NCBI GenBank assembly: GCA_946543465.1
Contig: CAMNLR010000149.1
Location: 8,845 to 72,844 of the forward strand
Source of the DNA: an uncultured Lachnospiraceae bacterium
GTDB lineage: Bacteria > Bacillota > Clostridia > Lachnospirales > Lachnospiraceae
DNA length: 64,000 nucleotides
Reading direction: 5' to 3'
Positions 49,229-57,974 of the stretch are shown piece after piece. The number at the start of each line of letters is the position of its first letter. The stretch's first letter is position 1. The notes beneath the pieces were generated by a model. That model searched no databases, was not told where the DNA came from, and worked only from the letters and a program-made list of their open reading frames with translations. The position numbers and the translations under genes were made by a program.

Positions 49229-50338
49229 ATGACTGATTATGCGGAAAAAATCGTAAATACAGAGAAATCTGCAGACGGAGCCGGCAGCAGTGTCAGCGCG
49301 CCGGCAATCAGTATCATTGTGCCGGTCTACAAGGTGCCGGAACAATATCTGCGCAAATGCATCGAGAGCTGCATGTCTCAGACGCTGGACGACATCGAGA
49401 TCCTGCTGGTGGACGACGGATCACCTGACCAGTGCGGAGAGATCTGCGACCAATATGCGCAGAGGGATCCCAGGATCCGTGTGCTCCACAAGGAGAACGG
49501 GGGGCTCTGCAGTGCCCGGAACGCCGGTTTTGCCGCCGCCCGCGGCGAGTGGATCATGTTTGTAGACGGAGATGACTGGATCGACGCCGACATGTGCGAG
49601 CAGATGCTGGAGCCGGGCACCAGGGAGCAGGTCGACCTGGTCATGTGCGGGATCACCCGGGAATATGAGCATTCCTCTCAGGATTACAAATTCTATCTGC
49701 GCGACTATACGACGAGCGGAAAGGTCTACCGGGGCAGAGAATGCAGGTGGCTGCAGCAGCAGCTCCTGGTCTACAACTGCAATATCGCGGTCGCATATTC
49801 CAAGATCATCCGCCGCAGCCTCCTTGAAGAACACGGCATTGTACACGATGAGCTGCTGCGCCAGGGTGCAGAGGGGCTGGAGTTCAATATCCGCCTGTTC
49901 GAGCAGATTCAGAGCGCCCTCTTTATCAACAGGCCTTTTTACCACTATCTCTATAACGAAAACTCTATTTCCTCCTCTCACAGCGAGGAGAACCATCGCT
50001 TTGTCATCCGCTGTTTTGAAAAGATCCGTGACCTGATCGAGACCAGCAGCAACCGGGACAGACTTCTGCCCTGGTTCGACAACCGTCTGCTCTACGTGAT
50101 CATCACGACTGCCATCAGCGGATATTTCAATCCTGACAATCCGGCTCCTTTTTCCGAGAAGAAAAAGGGGTATCAGCAATATCTGCAGCAGCCCATTGTA
50201 CAGCAGGCCCTGCAGACCGACAACCTGCGCGGCCTCTCCAGACAGAGGCGGGTCGTGCTGTTTCTGATCAGGCACAGACAGTTCCGGGCCCTGGATGCCA
50301 TGGGGCGTGCCAGAAAATTCCAGAAAGAGCATCTGTGA
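49229..50338 (+). CDS. GT2-family glycosyltransferase
   Basis: SIIVPVY, VDDGS, NGGLCSARN and FVDGDD motifs. Confidence 0.92.
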   Translation: MTDYAEKIVNTEKSADGAGSSVSAPAISIIVPVYKVPEQYLRKCIESCMSQTLDDIEILLVDDGSPDQCGEICDQYAQRDPRIRVLHKENGGLCSARNAGFAAARGEWIMFVDGDDWIDADMCEQMLEPGTREQVDLVMCGITREYEHSSQDYKFYLRDYTTSGKVYRGRECRWLQQQLLVYNCNIAVAYSKIIRRSLLEEHGIVHDELLRQGAEGLEFNIRLFEQIQSALFINRPFYHYLYNENSISSSHSEENHRFVIRCFEKIRDLIETSSNRDRLLPWFDNRLLYVIITTAISGYFNPDNPAPFSEKKKGYQQYLQQPIVQQALQTDNLRGLSRQRRVVLFLIRHRQFRALDAMGRARKFQKEHL

Positions 50339-50456
50339 CCACAGGCGGAAGCGGCCGCAGGCACGGCTGCTGAAGGCCTCTGCATGCGGGGCTGCACAAC
50401 AAAGATGTGCAATCATTTCAAATTGACTGACTGTAAGTAGAAACAGAGGTAGAGGA

Positions 50457-51917
50457 ATGGGAAAGTTTCTGCAAAAATACCGGAATATGTCTGTCCAGGT
50501 GAGAGCTTCCTTCTGGTTTCTGATCTGTTCTTTTTTGCAGAAGGGCATTTCTTCCATCACAACACCGATCTTCACAAGACTTCTGACGACAGAGGAATAC
50601 GGGCAGTACGGCGCTTTTAACTCCTGGCTGGGGATTATCACTATTTTTGTCACCCTGAATCTTTTCTATGGTGTGTATACACAGGGACTGGTCAAATATG
50701 AGGAGCAGCGGGCCGTCTATTCGTCCAGCCTGCAGGGACTGACCCTGACCCTGTGTCTGGTCTGGACGGCAGTCTATCTGGTGAAGAGAGACTTCTGGAA
50801 CAGCCTGTTTTCACTGACCACTGTTCAGGTACTGGCCATGCTGGTCATGATCTGGGCGACTGCTGCCTTTAATTTCTGGGCGGCGGAGCAGCGCGTGATG
50901 TACAGCTACAGGAGACTTGTGGCACTGACCCTGCTTGTGTCTGTGGCCAAGCCGGCTGTGGGGATTTTTTTCGTGATCCATGCACAGGACAAGGTGACAG
51001 CCAGGATCCTGGGACTTGCTCTTGTGGAACTTGTGGGCTACACGGGGCTTTTCGTAATCCAGATGGTGCGGGGAGGTGTCTTTTATTCCGGAAAATTCTG
51101 GCGGTATGCGCTGCTGTTCAATCTGCCTCTTGTGCCGCATTATTTGTCGCAGACGGTGCTGTCCAGTGTCGACAGGATTATGATCCGTGACATGGTCGGC
51201 AAAAGCGAGGCGGGTATCTATAATCTGGCGTATCAGATTTCTCTTCTCATGACACTTTTCAACACGGCGCTCTCTCAGACCCTGAGTCCGTGGATCTATC
51301 AGAAGATCAAAGCGGGAAGGGCAAAGGACGTTTCACAGGTCTCCTTTATGGCGATGGGATTGATTGCCGGCGCAAATCTTCTTCTGATGCTGCTTGCGCC
51401 GGAGGCAGTGGCTGTTTTCGCACCGAAGGCTTATTACAATGCCATCTATGTCATTCCTCCGGTCTCCATGAGCGTGTTTTTCATGTTCAGCTATGACCTT
51501 TTCGCCAAATTTGAATTCTACTTTGAGAAGAGGTCTTTCATTATGGTGGCCAGTGTTACGGGCGCTCTTCTGAATCTGGTCACAAACTATATTTTCATTC
51601 AGATATACAGTTATTACGCAGCGGGTTATACGACCCTGTTCTGCTACCTGGTCTATGCTGCAGGACATTACCTGATGATGAACCGGGTCTGCGACCGCTT
51701 TCTCGGCGGAATCCGCCCCTTTCCGGCCGCACAATACTGGGGGCTGTCAATTGCATTCATGTCTGCGGGATTTGTGCTGCTCTTCACTTATCAGTCGAGG
51801 ATCATGCGATACGGCCTGCTGTTTCTTCTGATGGTCCTGGCACTGATCTTCCGCAGGCGTCTGAAGGCAATCGCAAAGAGTCTGGTCAATGTCCGCAAGG
51901 AAGGTAAAAAGAAGTAA
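50457..51917 (+). CDS. Wzx-type oligosaccharide flippase
   Basis: 12 or more TM helices; TPIFTRLLT..EYG, PLVPH and DRIMI..GIY motifs. Confidence 0.9.
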   Translation: MGKFLQKYRNMSVQVRASFWFLICSFLQKGISSITTPIFTRLLTTEEYGQYGAFNSWLGIITIFVTLNLFYGVYTQGLVKYEEQRAVYSSSLQGLTLTLCLVWTAVYLVKRDFWNSLFSLTTVQVLAMLVMIWATAAFNFWAAEQRVMYSYRRLVALTLLVSVAKPAVGIFFVIHAQDKVTARILGLALVELVGYTGLFVIQMVRGGVFYSGKFWRYALLFNLPLVPHYLSQTVLSSVDRIMIRDMVGKSEAGIYNLAYQISLLMTLFNTALSQTLSPWIYQKIKAGRAKDVSQVSFMAMGLIAGANLLLMLLAPEAVAVFAPKAYYNAIYVIPPVSMSVFFMFSYDLFAKFEFYFEKRSFIMVASVTGALLNLVTNYIFIQIYSYYAAGYTTLFCYLVYAAGHYLMMNRVCDRFLGGIRPFPAAQYWGLSIAFMSAGFVLLFTYQSRIMRYGLLFLLMVLALIFRRRLKAIAKSLVNVRKEGKKK

Positions 51918-51943
51918 GGTGTTCATTTCACCGGGAGGATTAT

Positions 51944-52927
51944 ATGAAAAGTGCAGAGGATCTGATCTCGGTGATCATCCCTGTCTATAATGTCAAACCC
52001 TATCTGCGGATGTGCGCGGACAGCGTCTTCTCGCAGACATTCCGGAATCTGGAGATCATCTTTGTAGATGACGGATCAACTGACGGGAGCGGTGAGCTCT
52101 GTGATGAACTCGCAGCGGAAGACTCCAGAGTCCGTGTCATCCATCAGGCTAACGGAGGTCTCTCCGCTGCCCGCAACACCGGCATTGATGCGAGTACGGG
52201 GGCATACCTGTATTTCCTGGACAGTGATGATGCCATTTCTCCGGTCACAATCGTACATCTGTGGACGGCCTGTGTCCGCACAAAGGCGGATGTCGCCGTC
52301 GGGGATTTCATCCGCTTCAGCGAGGAAGCTGTTCCGGAAGAGAGAAGGAAATTTACCAGTGAGGCCTTCGGCACCGAGGAGGCGCTCCGGCGCATGCTCA
52401 TGAATGAGGGATTCGGACATCAGGCCTGGGGAAAGCTTTTCAGGCGCAGCCTCTGGGAGAATTACCGCTATACCAAAGGTCTCCTGTATGAGGATTACGC
52501 CGTCATCTACGATGTCATGCTGGGGGCCAAGAAGGCCGCCGCCGTCACGGATGCCCTGTATTTCTACAGGATGCAGGCGGGTTCTATTATGCACAGCCGG
52601 ATCGGGGAGAGAAACCTGACCCTTCTGGATACGTCCGAGCGTGTGACAGAGATGATCTCCAAAGAATATCCCGCCCTGCGGGGTGCGGCAGTCCGTCTCC
52701 AGGTTGTGACTTACATGCGTTTCCTCTCGGACATGCTCGCGACGGATTATCACCTCTTCCCGGATGTCCAGAAACGGATCATCGATACGGTTCGAGGACT
52801 CAGGAAGGAATTTCTGCATGCGCCCGGCGTGCGCAGGATTGACAAGATGAAACTGCGTGCCCTGATGACAGGAAAAAGGATCTTCTATCTAATGTACAGG
52901 GCTTCCGATGCCAGGAAAAAAGAATAG
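51944..52927 (+). CDS. GT2-family glycosyltransferase
   Basis: SVIIPVYN, VDDGSTD, FLDSDD, WGKLF and YED motifs. Confidence 0.92.
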   Translation: MKSAEDLISVIIPVYNVKPYLRMCADSVFSQTFRNLEIIFVDDGSTDGSGELCDELAAEDSRVRVIHQANGGLSAARNTGIDASTGAYLYFLDSDDAISPVTIVHLWTACVRTKADVAVGDFIRFSEEAVPEERRKFTSEAFGTEEALRRMLMNEGFGHQAWGKLFRRSLWENYRYTKGLLYEDYAVIYDVMLGAKKAAAVTDALYFYRMQAGSIMHSRIGERNLTLLDTSERVTEMISKEYPALRGAAVRLQVVTYMRFLSDMLATDYHLFPDVQKRIIDTVRGLRKEFLHAPGVRRIDKMKLRALMTGKRIFYLMYRASDARKKE

Positions 52928-52956
52928 TGATTCTATGAATCTTTCTGGAGGTATCA

Positions 52957-54201
52957 GTGGGCCAGTATTTTGCTGTTTTTTTTATATCCATACTGATTTG
53001 CGCTGCGGGAGAGTGGGCGTGCAGAAGGAGCAGGACTGCAGGTACTTTCCTCTGCTGTCTGTCCGTCGCCTTTCCTGTGATTCTGGCGGGTGCAAGGGAC
53101 TATTCTGTGGGGACAGACATTGCGACTTACGGAAACTATGTCTTCCGGGGTGCCTGTAATGCGCGCAGACTCCGCGCCTTTCTGCGCACCCAGTCGGAGA
53201 TCGACCTTCTCTACAAAGGGCTGGCCTATGCGGTCTCCAGATTTACCAACAATCCCCACCTGTTTTATCTGGTGACAGCGCTCATCATCTGCGGGTTTAC
53301 CATGGCGGGACTGTGGTACTACAGGCGCTGGTGCTCCATCACTCTGGGCTGGGCCTGCTTCCTCTTTCTGTTTTACGGAGACACGCTCAACACCATGCGC
53401 CAGTGTCTGGCCCTGGCAATCATTTTCGCGGCTTTCCCCTTTTTTCTGGAAAAAAAGTATCTGCTCTTTGCGGTCTTTAACGCGGCAGCCATCCTGTTTC
53501 ACGCGACAGGCCTCATCGCCCTGACGCTGCCGGTATTGTACCTGGTAATGAAAAAGATGCCGCCCCGCTGGCTGCAGTTCTTCCTCATCATCGCATGCAT
53601 GGGTGTGATCCTCTTTTACAGTCCCCTCCTGCGCATCGTATTGAACATGAACCTTCTGCCTGCCAAGTTCGCCAGGTACATGGCAAAGGGTGTCGCTGTG
53701 GCGCTCAATCCGACCATCCTGCGCCTGCCCTTCCTGATTCCTGTCATTCTTTATTACGACCGCTTCTGCGGATTTGAGGACATCACGGGAGACGGAGTGC
53801 TGGCGGGATCAGCGCAGGTCACTGATCCGGAGCCTGCGGCAGAAGATCCGGAGACAGGGGGAAAAGGGACATTCTGGGAGGACAGATCCGGGACACAGGT
53901 CCTGGGCATGTTCGTCGTGATCATGCTGCTCTTGGAAATCTGCACAGTGCAGCTTCGCAGCGTGCGCCCGGCCCTGTACAGGATCAGCTACTACTTCGGC
54001 TACTACAGGTTCATAGCCTATTCCCGCCTTGTCCGCATCCTGCGCAGAGACAACCGCGCCATTGTCGCCCTTGCCCTGCTCGTCTATCTGGCGGCTCTGT
54101 GGTATTACCAGAATGTCATTCAGGGCAACAACGAGATTTATCCCTATGTCTATGCGCCGGACTGGTTTCACAGGATTATCTATGTCATGCCTGCGGAATG
54201 A
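52957..54201 (+). CDS. EpsG-family polymerase-like membrane protein
   Basis: R.YSVGTD..TY, NTMRQCLA and FHATG motifs; GTG start with GGAGG RBS. Confidence 0.85.
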   Translation: MGQYFAVFFISILICAAGEWACRRSRTAGTFLCCLSVAFPVILAGARDYSVGTDIATYGNYVFRGACNARRLRAFLRTQSEIDLLYKGLAYAVSRFTNNPHLFYLVTALIICGFTMAGLWYYRRWCSITLGWACFLFLFYGDTLNTMRQCLALAIIFAAFPFFLEKKYLLFAVFNAAAILFHATGLIALTLPVLYLVMKKMPPRWLQFFLIIACMGVILFYSPLLRIVLNMNLLPAKFARYMAKGVAVALNPTILRLPFLIPVILYYDRFCGFEDITGDGVLAGSAQVTDPEPAAEDPETGGKGTFWEDRSGTQVLGMFVVIMLLLEICTVQLRSVRPALYRISYYFGYYRFIAYSRLVRILRRDNRAIVALALLVYLAALWYYQNVIQGNNEIYPYVYAPDWFHRIIYVMPAE

Positions 54202-54520
54202 CAAAAGCCGCACAGACTTCCCGCACCGGGAAACTGCCGCACAGGCGGCCCCTGAACCGGTATCTGCTTTTGGCCCCGCGCCGGATCCTGCCAGTGATCC
54301 CCTCCGCGGGAGTGCAGAAGTGAATACATAAATCGTTACTGTACCCGCCCCCTCGAAGGGCGTGTACATGTAACGCTGCGCGCGGCGATTCCAATACGCT
54401 TTGCGTGCGCCGCGCGCCGTTACACTCGGGATTTGCGCGAAAAAGCCGCGCAAAACACCTCGAATTTCAGGTTTGTTTGTACTGTAACCATAAATCAAAC
54501 GAAAGGACTATGTAACAAAT

Positions 54521-56065
54521 ATGAAAAGAGAAAGCGGAATTCTGTATCCCGTATCATCCCTTCCCTCTCGCTTCGGAATCGGAAGCTTTTCCAGAGAGGC
54601 CTATGAATTCATCGATTTCCTCAAGGAAGCCGGCCAGTCCTACTGGCAGGTCCTGCCCCTCTGCCAGACCGGTTTTGGCGATTCGCCTTATCAGTCTGTC
54701 TCCTCCTTTGCAGGAAATCCCTACTTCATCGATCTGGAAAAGCTGATCGAAGAGGGACTTCTCACCTGGGATGAAGTGAACAGTTTTGATTTCGGCAGTG
54801 ATCCCGAAAAAGTCGACTACGGTGCGCTCTACAATAACCGCTACAGCGCCCTGAAGATCGCTTTTGAGCGCTTCCGCTCTCTTGAGAATTCAGAAAGCCA
54901 CAGCAAATATCACGCAGAGTATCAGGAATATCTGGAGAGAGAGCATTACTGGCTCTTTGACTATGCCCTGTATATGGCTCTGAAGAAAAAATATGAGGGT
55001 AAATCCTGGACAGACTGGGACAAGGGCGAGCGCCTGCGCCAGAAGAGAGCCCTGACCCTCGCGGCAAAGGAACTCTCCGATGATATCGATTTCTACCGCT
55101 TCCTGCAGTTCCAGTTTGACCGCCAGTGGAAAAAGCTCCACGCATATGCGGCGGAGCAGGGTATCAAGATCATCGGCGACATCCCCTTCTATGTTGCCAT
55201 GGACAGCGCGGCGACCTGGGCGCATGCGGATATCTTCCGTTTCGACAAGGATCTGGTTCCCACTGTCGTGGCGGGATGCCCTCCGGATGCTTTCTCCCTG
55301 ACCGGTCAGCTCTGGGGCAACCCTGTCTATGACTGGAAAAAACTCAAAAAGAACGGCTATGACTGGTGGATCCAGCGCTTTGCCCGCAACTTCGAGTTCT
55401 ACGATGTGGTCCGACTCGACCACTTCAACGGATTTGCAGAGTACTACGAGGTGCCTTACGGCGACGAGACCGCCGAGCACGGCACAGTCGTCAATGGACC
55501 CGGCAGCGATTTCTTCAATGCTGTGAAGAAAAAACTCGGTGATGTCGCGATCATCGCAGAGGACCTGGGCAATATCACCCCCGCTACAGAAGCGCTTCTG
55601 GCAGAAACCGGCTATCCGGGCATGAAGGTGCTCCAGTTTGCCTTTGACCCCAGTGAGTCCAGCTACTATCTGTCCTACAATCACGTGAAGAACGCGGTTG
55701 TCTACACAGGCACTCACGACAACACCACCACCCGCGCATGGATCGAGCAGTGCAGCGACCACGACCGCGATTTCGCCCGCCGCTTTATCCACTCCGAGTA
55801 CACCGATTACGGCGCATTCACCTGGGACTTCATCCGGGAAGCCTTCCGCAGCGTCTGCGACCTGTGCATCGTTCCTATCCAGGACTTCCTGGTCAAGGGT
55901 GAGGAAGCCCGCCTGAACACCCCCGGAACCGCCCAGGGCAACTGGCAGTGGCGCGTCGTTCCCAACCTGCTGTCCCACGACCTGGCCCGCAGCATCTATG
56001 ATCTGACAAAGACCTACGGACGCCTGCCCAAGGCAGACAAGGAAACCGCGGATCAGAAAAAATAA
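54521..56065 (+). CDS. malQ: 4-alpha-glucanotransferase (GH77)
   Basis: SPYQS.SSFAGNP, GDIPFYV, GQLWGNP, RLDHF, IAEDLG and YTGTHDN motifs. Confidence 0.96.
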   Translation: MKRESGILYPVSSLPSRFGIGSFSREAYEFIDFLKEAGQSYWQVLPLCQTGFGDSPYQSVSSFAGNPYFIDLEKLIEEGLLTWDEVNSFDFGSDPEKVDYGALYNNRYSALKIAFERFRSLENSESHSKYHAEYQEYLEREHYWLFDYALYMALKKKYEGKSWTDWDKGERLRQKRALTLAAKELSDDIDFYRFLQFQFDRQWKKLHAYAAEQGIKIIGDIPFYVAMDSAATWAHADIFRFDKDLVPTVVAGCPPDAFSLTGQLWGNPVYDWKKLKKNGYDWWIQRFARNFEFYDVVRLDHFNGFAEYYEVPYGDETAEHGTVVNGPGSDFFNAVKKKLGDVAIIAEDLGNITPATEALLAETGYPGMKVLQFAFDPSESSYYLSYNHVKNAVVYTGTHDNTTTRAWIEQCSDHDRDFARRFIHSEYTDYGAFTWDFIREAFRSVCDLCIVPIQDFLVKGEEARLNTPGTAQGNWQWRVVPNLLSHDLARSIYDLTKTYGRLPKADKETADQKK

Positions 56066-56168
56066 GGAAAAACTGCAGCTGCATTCAGTCAGGCACAGGC
56101 AGGCATATGATCCGCAGACAGATTTTTATGGATTCTGCATGAATAACTGAATAAAAATACTTCATGAA

Positions 56169-56219
56169 AAAAAGTACCCGGCGGCTGCAGAAGCAGCCGT
56201 CAGGTACTTTTTGTTTTTT
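56169..56219. terminator. Bidirectional intrinsic terminator
   Basis: AAAAAGTACC.GGCGGCTGC/GCAGCCGTC.GGTACTTTTT between convergent genes. Confidence 0.8.
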
Positions 56220-57042
56220 AATTCAGTTCTTCGTCCGGTCCGGTCAGGTCGAAGCTGAGGCGGACGGGATCATGAGTGACCCTTTTTTCGACAGGAGGGA
56301 GTTCCATATAGTTTTTTCCGTAGATGTGTTCCAGGATATACAGGTAATCACAGGGAGCATCATATTCCCGGTCCTCAAATTTCAGGCGGACAGGTTTGCC
56401 GAAATATTTTTTGGCGATCGTCTGCTTGCGGATGTTGTATTTGCTTCCCAGATTGATATAGTAGCCTGCATTGTCATTTTTGTTGAGCGTGGCGATCCCG
56501 TGCCGGATCCGCCACAGTCCCTTCCTGGTGAAGAGCGCGGCCGGGATCCTGGCCGCTTTGGGAAGGTCGGGGCGCAGTCCGCATTTGAGGAAATAGAGGA
56601 CCGTGAATTTTTCCACCAAAAACTTCTGTGCCTGCTGGATGCCCTTTTCCTTTTTGGCATTGTCGAGAGGGAAGATGTCGACGAAGATGCCCATGTCGGT
56701 CTGATCCTGAAGAGAATCCAGATATCCCTCCACGAACACCGTGTTCTTGGCTCGCACCTTGGCAAAGTTGTTGGTGAGGAAATTGCAGTTGTACCGGCTC
56801 TGGCAGTAGAAGCGCGGAGAGATCTTGTCATTGCAGATTTTGAGGAATTTCTCATAATCCGTCCGCGGCATGACAATATCCAGATCGTCATCCCAGGGGA
56901 TGAAGCCTCCGTGACGCACAGCACCCAACAGGGTTCCGGCCGTAATGTAATAGCGGAGATTATTCTCATGACAGACACGGTCGATCTCGTCAAGTATTTC
57001 CAGTTCAAAACGGTGAAGTTTGTCCAGTGTTTCCTTTTTCAA
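56218..57042 (-). CDS. LicD-family phosphotransferase
   Basis: GTLLGAVRHGGFIPWDDDLD and VDIFPLD motifs; TTG start with AGGAGG RBS. Confidence 0.92.
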   Translation of the reverse strand: MKKETLDKLHRFELEILDEIDRVCHENNLRYYITAGTLLGAVRHGGFIPWDDDLDIVMPRTDYEKFLKICNDKISPRFYCQSRYNCNFLTNNFAKVRAKNTVFVEGYLDSLQDQTDMGIFVDIFPLDNAKKEKGIQQAQKFLVEKFTVLYFLKCGLRPDLPKAARIPAALFTRKGLWRIRHGIATLNKNDNAGYYINLGSKYNIRKQTIAKKYFGKPVRLKFEDREYDAPCDYLYILEHIYGKNYMELPPVEKRVTHDPVRLSFDLTGPDEELN

Positions 57043-57099
57043 ATCAACCTCCTGTACTGCATGAAAAAGCAGAGAAACCCTTCCATGGCCTTTTGCCGG

Positions 57100-57546
57100 T
57101 TATTCGTCTTCCGATTCTTCCTTGAGTGTGTAGAGTACTTCGGACAGAAGCGTCGAGGACACGCCTTCTGTGTGAGGCAGGAATACGACATCGACGCCGA
57201 CCTTCGAGAACTGCTCGATCATATTGTTGTACATGTCGGAGCCCTTCCAGTCCGACCCGTGAAAGAGAGCGTCGAAATGGTATTGTTTCCACGCCTCCAT
57301 TTTGTCCATGGAAACCTGCGGGACAGCCTGGTCCACGCAGCGAAGCTCCCGGACGATCGCGATCCTCTCCTCAAAAGGGATGATCGGAGCCCTGTGCTTG
57401 TAGCTCTCGACAACTTCATCCGTGCTGACGCCGACGATCAGATAGTCGCAGCGCTCCTTGGCTTTTTTCAGAATATTCAAATGCCCGATGTGGAACATGT
57501 CATATACACCGGTCGTATATCCAACTTTATATTTCTTTTCGCTCAT
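57100..57546 (-). CDS. tagD: Glycerol-3-phosphate cytidylyltransferase-like (TagD family)
   Basis: GVYDMFHIGH, GVSTDE, GSDW and TEGVSST motifs. Confidence 0.85.
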   Translation of the reverse strand: MSEKKYKVGYTTGVYDMFHIGHLNILKKAKERCDYLIVGVSTDEVVESYKHRAPIIPFEERIAIVRELRCVDQAVPQVSMDKMEAWKQYHFDALFHGSDWKGSDMYNNMIEQFSKVGVDVVFLPHTEGVSSTLLSEVLYTLKEESEDE

Positions 57547-57974
57547 TCATAAACTCCTTCGGGTAATTGAAAGCATAGCTGCCTTTCCGGACAGGTGACC
57601 GGAAACGCATGAATAGAATGCCTGTATTTCTCTGAATTATAACCCAGGGTGCGGATGCTTTTCAATAGAGAAACGCGTCCTCTTCCGGATCAGACAGGGG
57701 GGACGGAGAGTAGGCCGGGCAGATTTCACTTGTATAAACACATGCGATTGCACAATGTTTTGTTCAATGCTGTCGAACTGTATATGAAAAGTTCATAAAA
57801 AAAGTGTTTGTCAAGAAGATTTTCATGGATTTTTTTAAAATCCCTGTTTATAATGAGGGGTGGCAAATTTTAAGTTAAAAGGAGCATAACTGTGCTGACC
57901 GGGCCGGAAGAACAAGTCCCGGTTACCGCAGGCTATGATTGGCGGAAGTGTGTTGCCGCCAGAGAGGAGATTAA

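Noticed and set aside
56138-56165. ARG-box-like TGAATAAAAATACT
   Set aside because: Lies between convergent genes, not at a promoter
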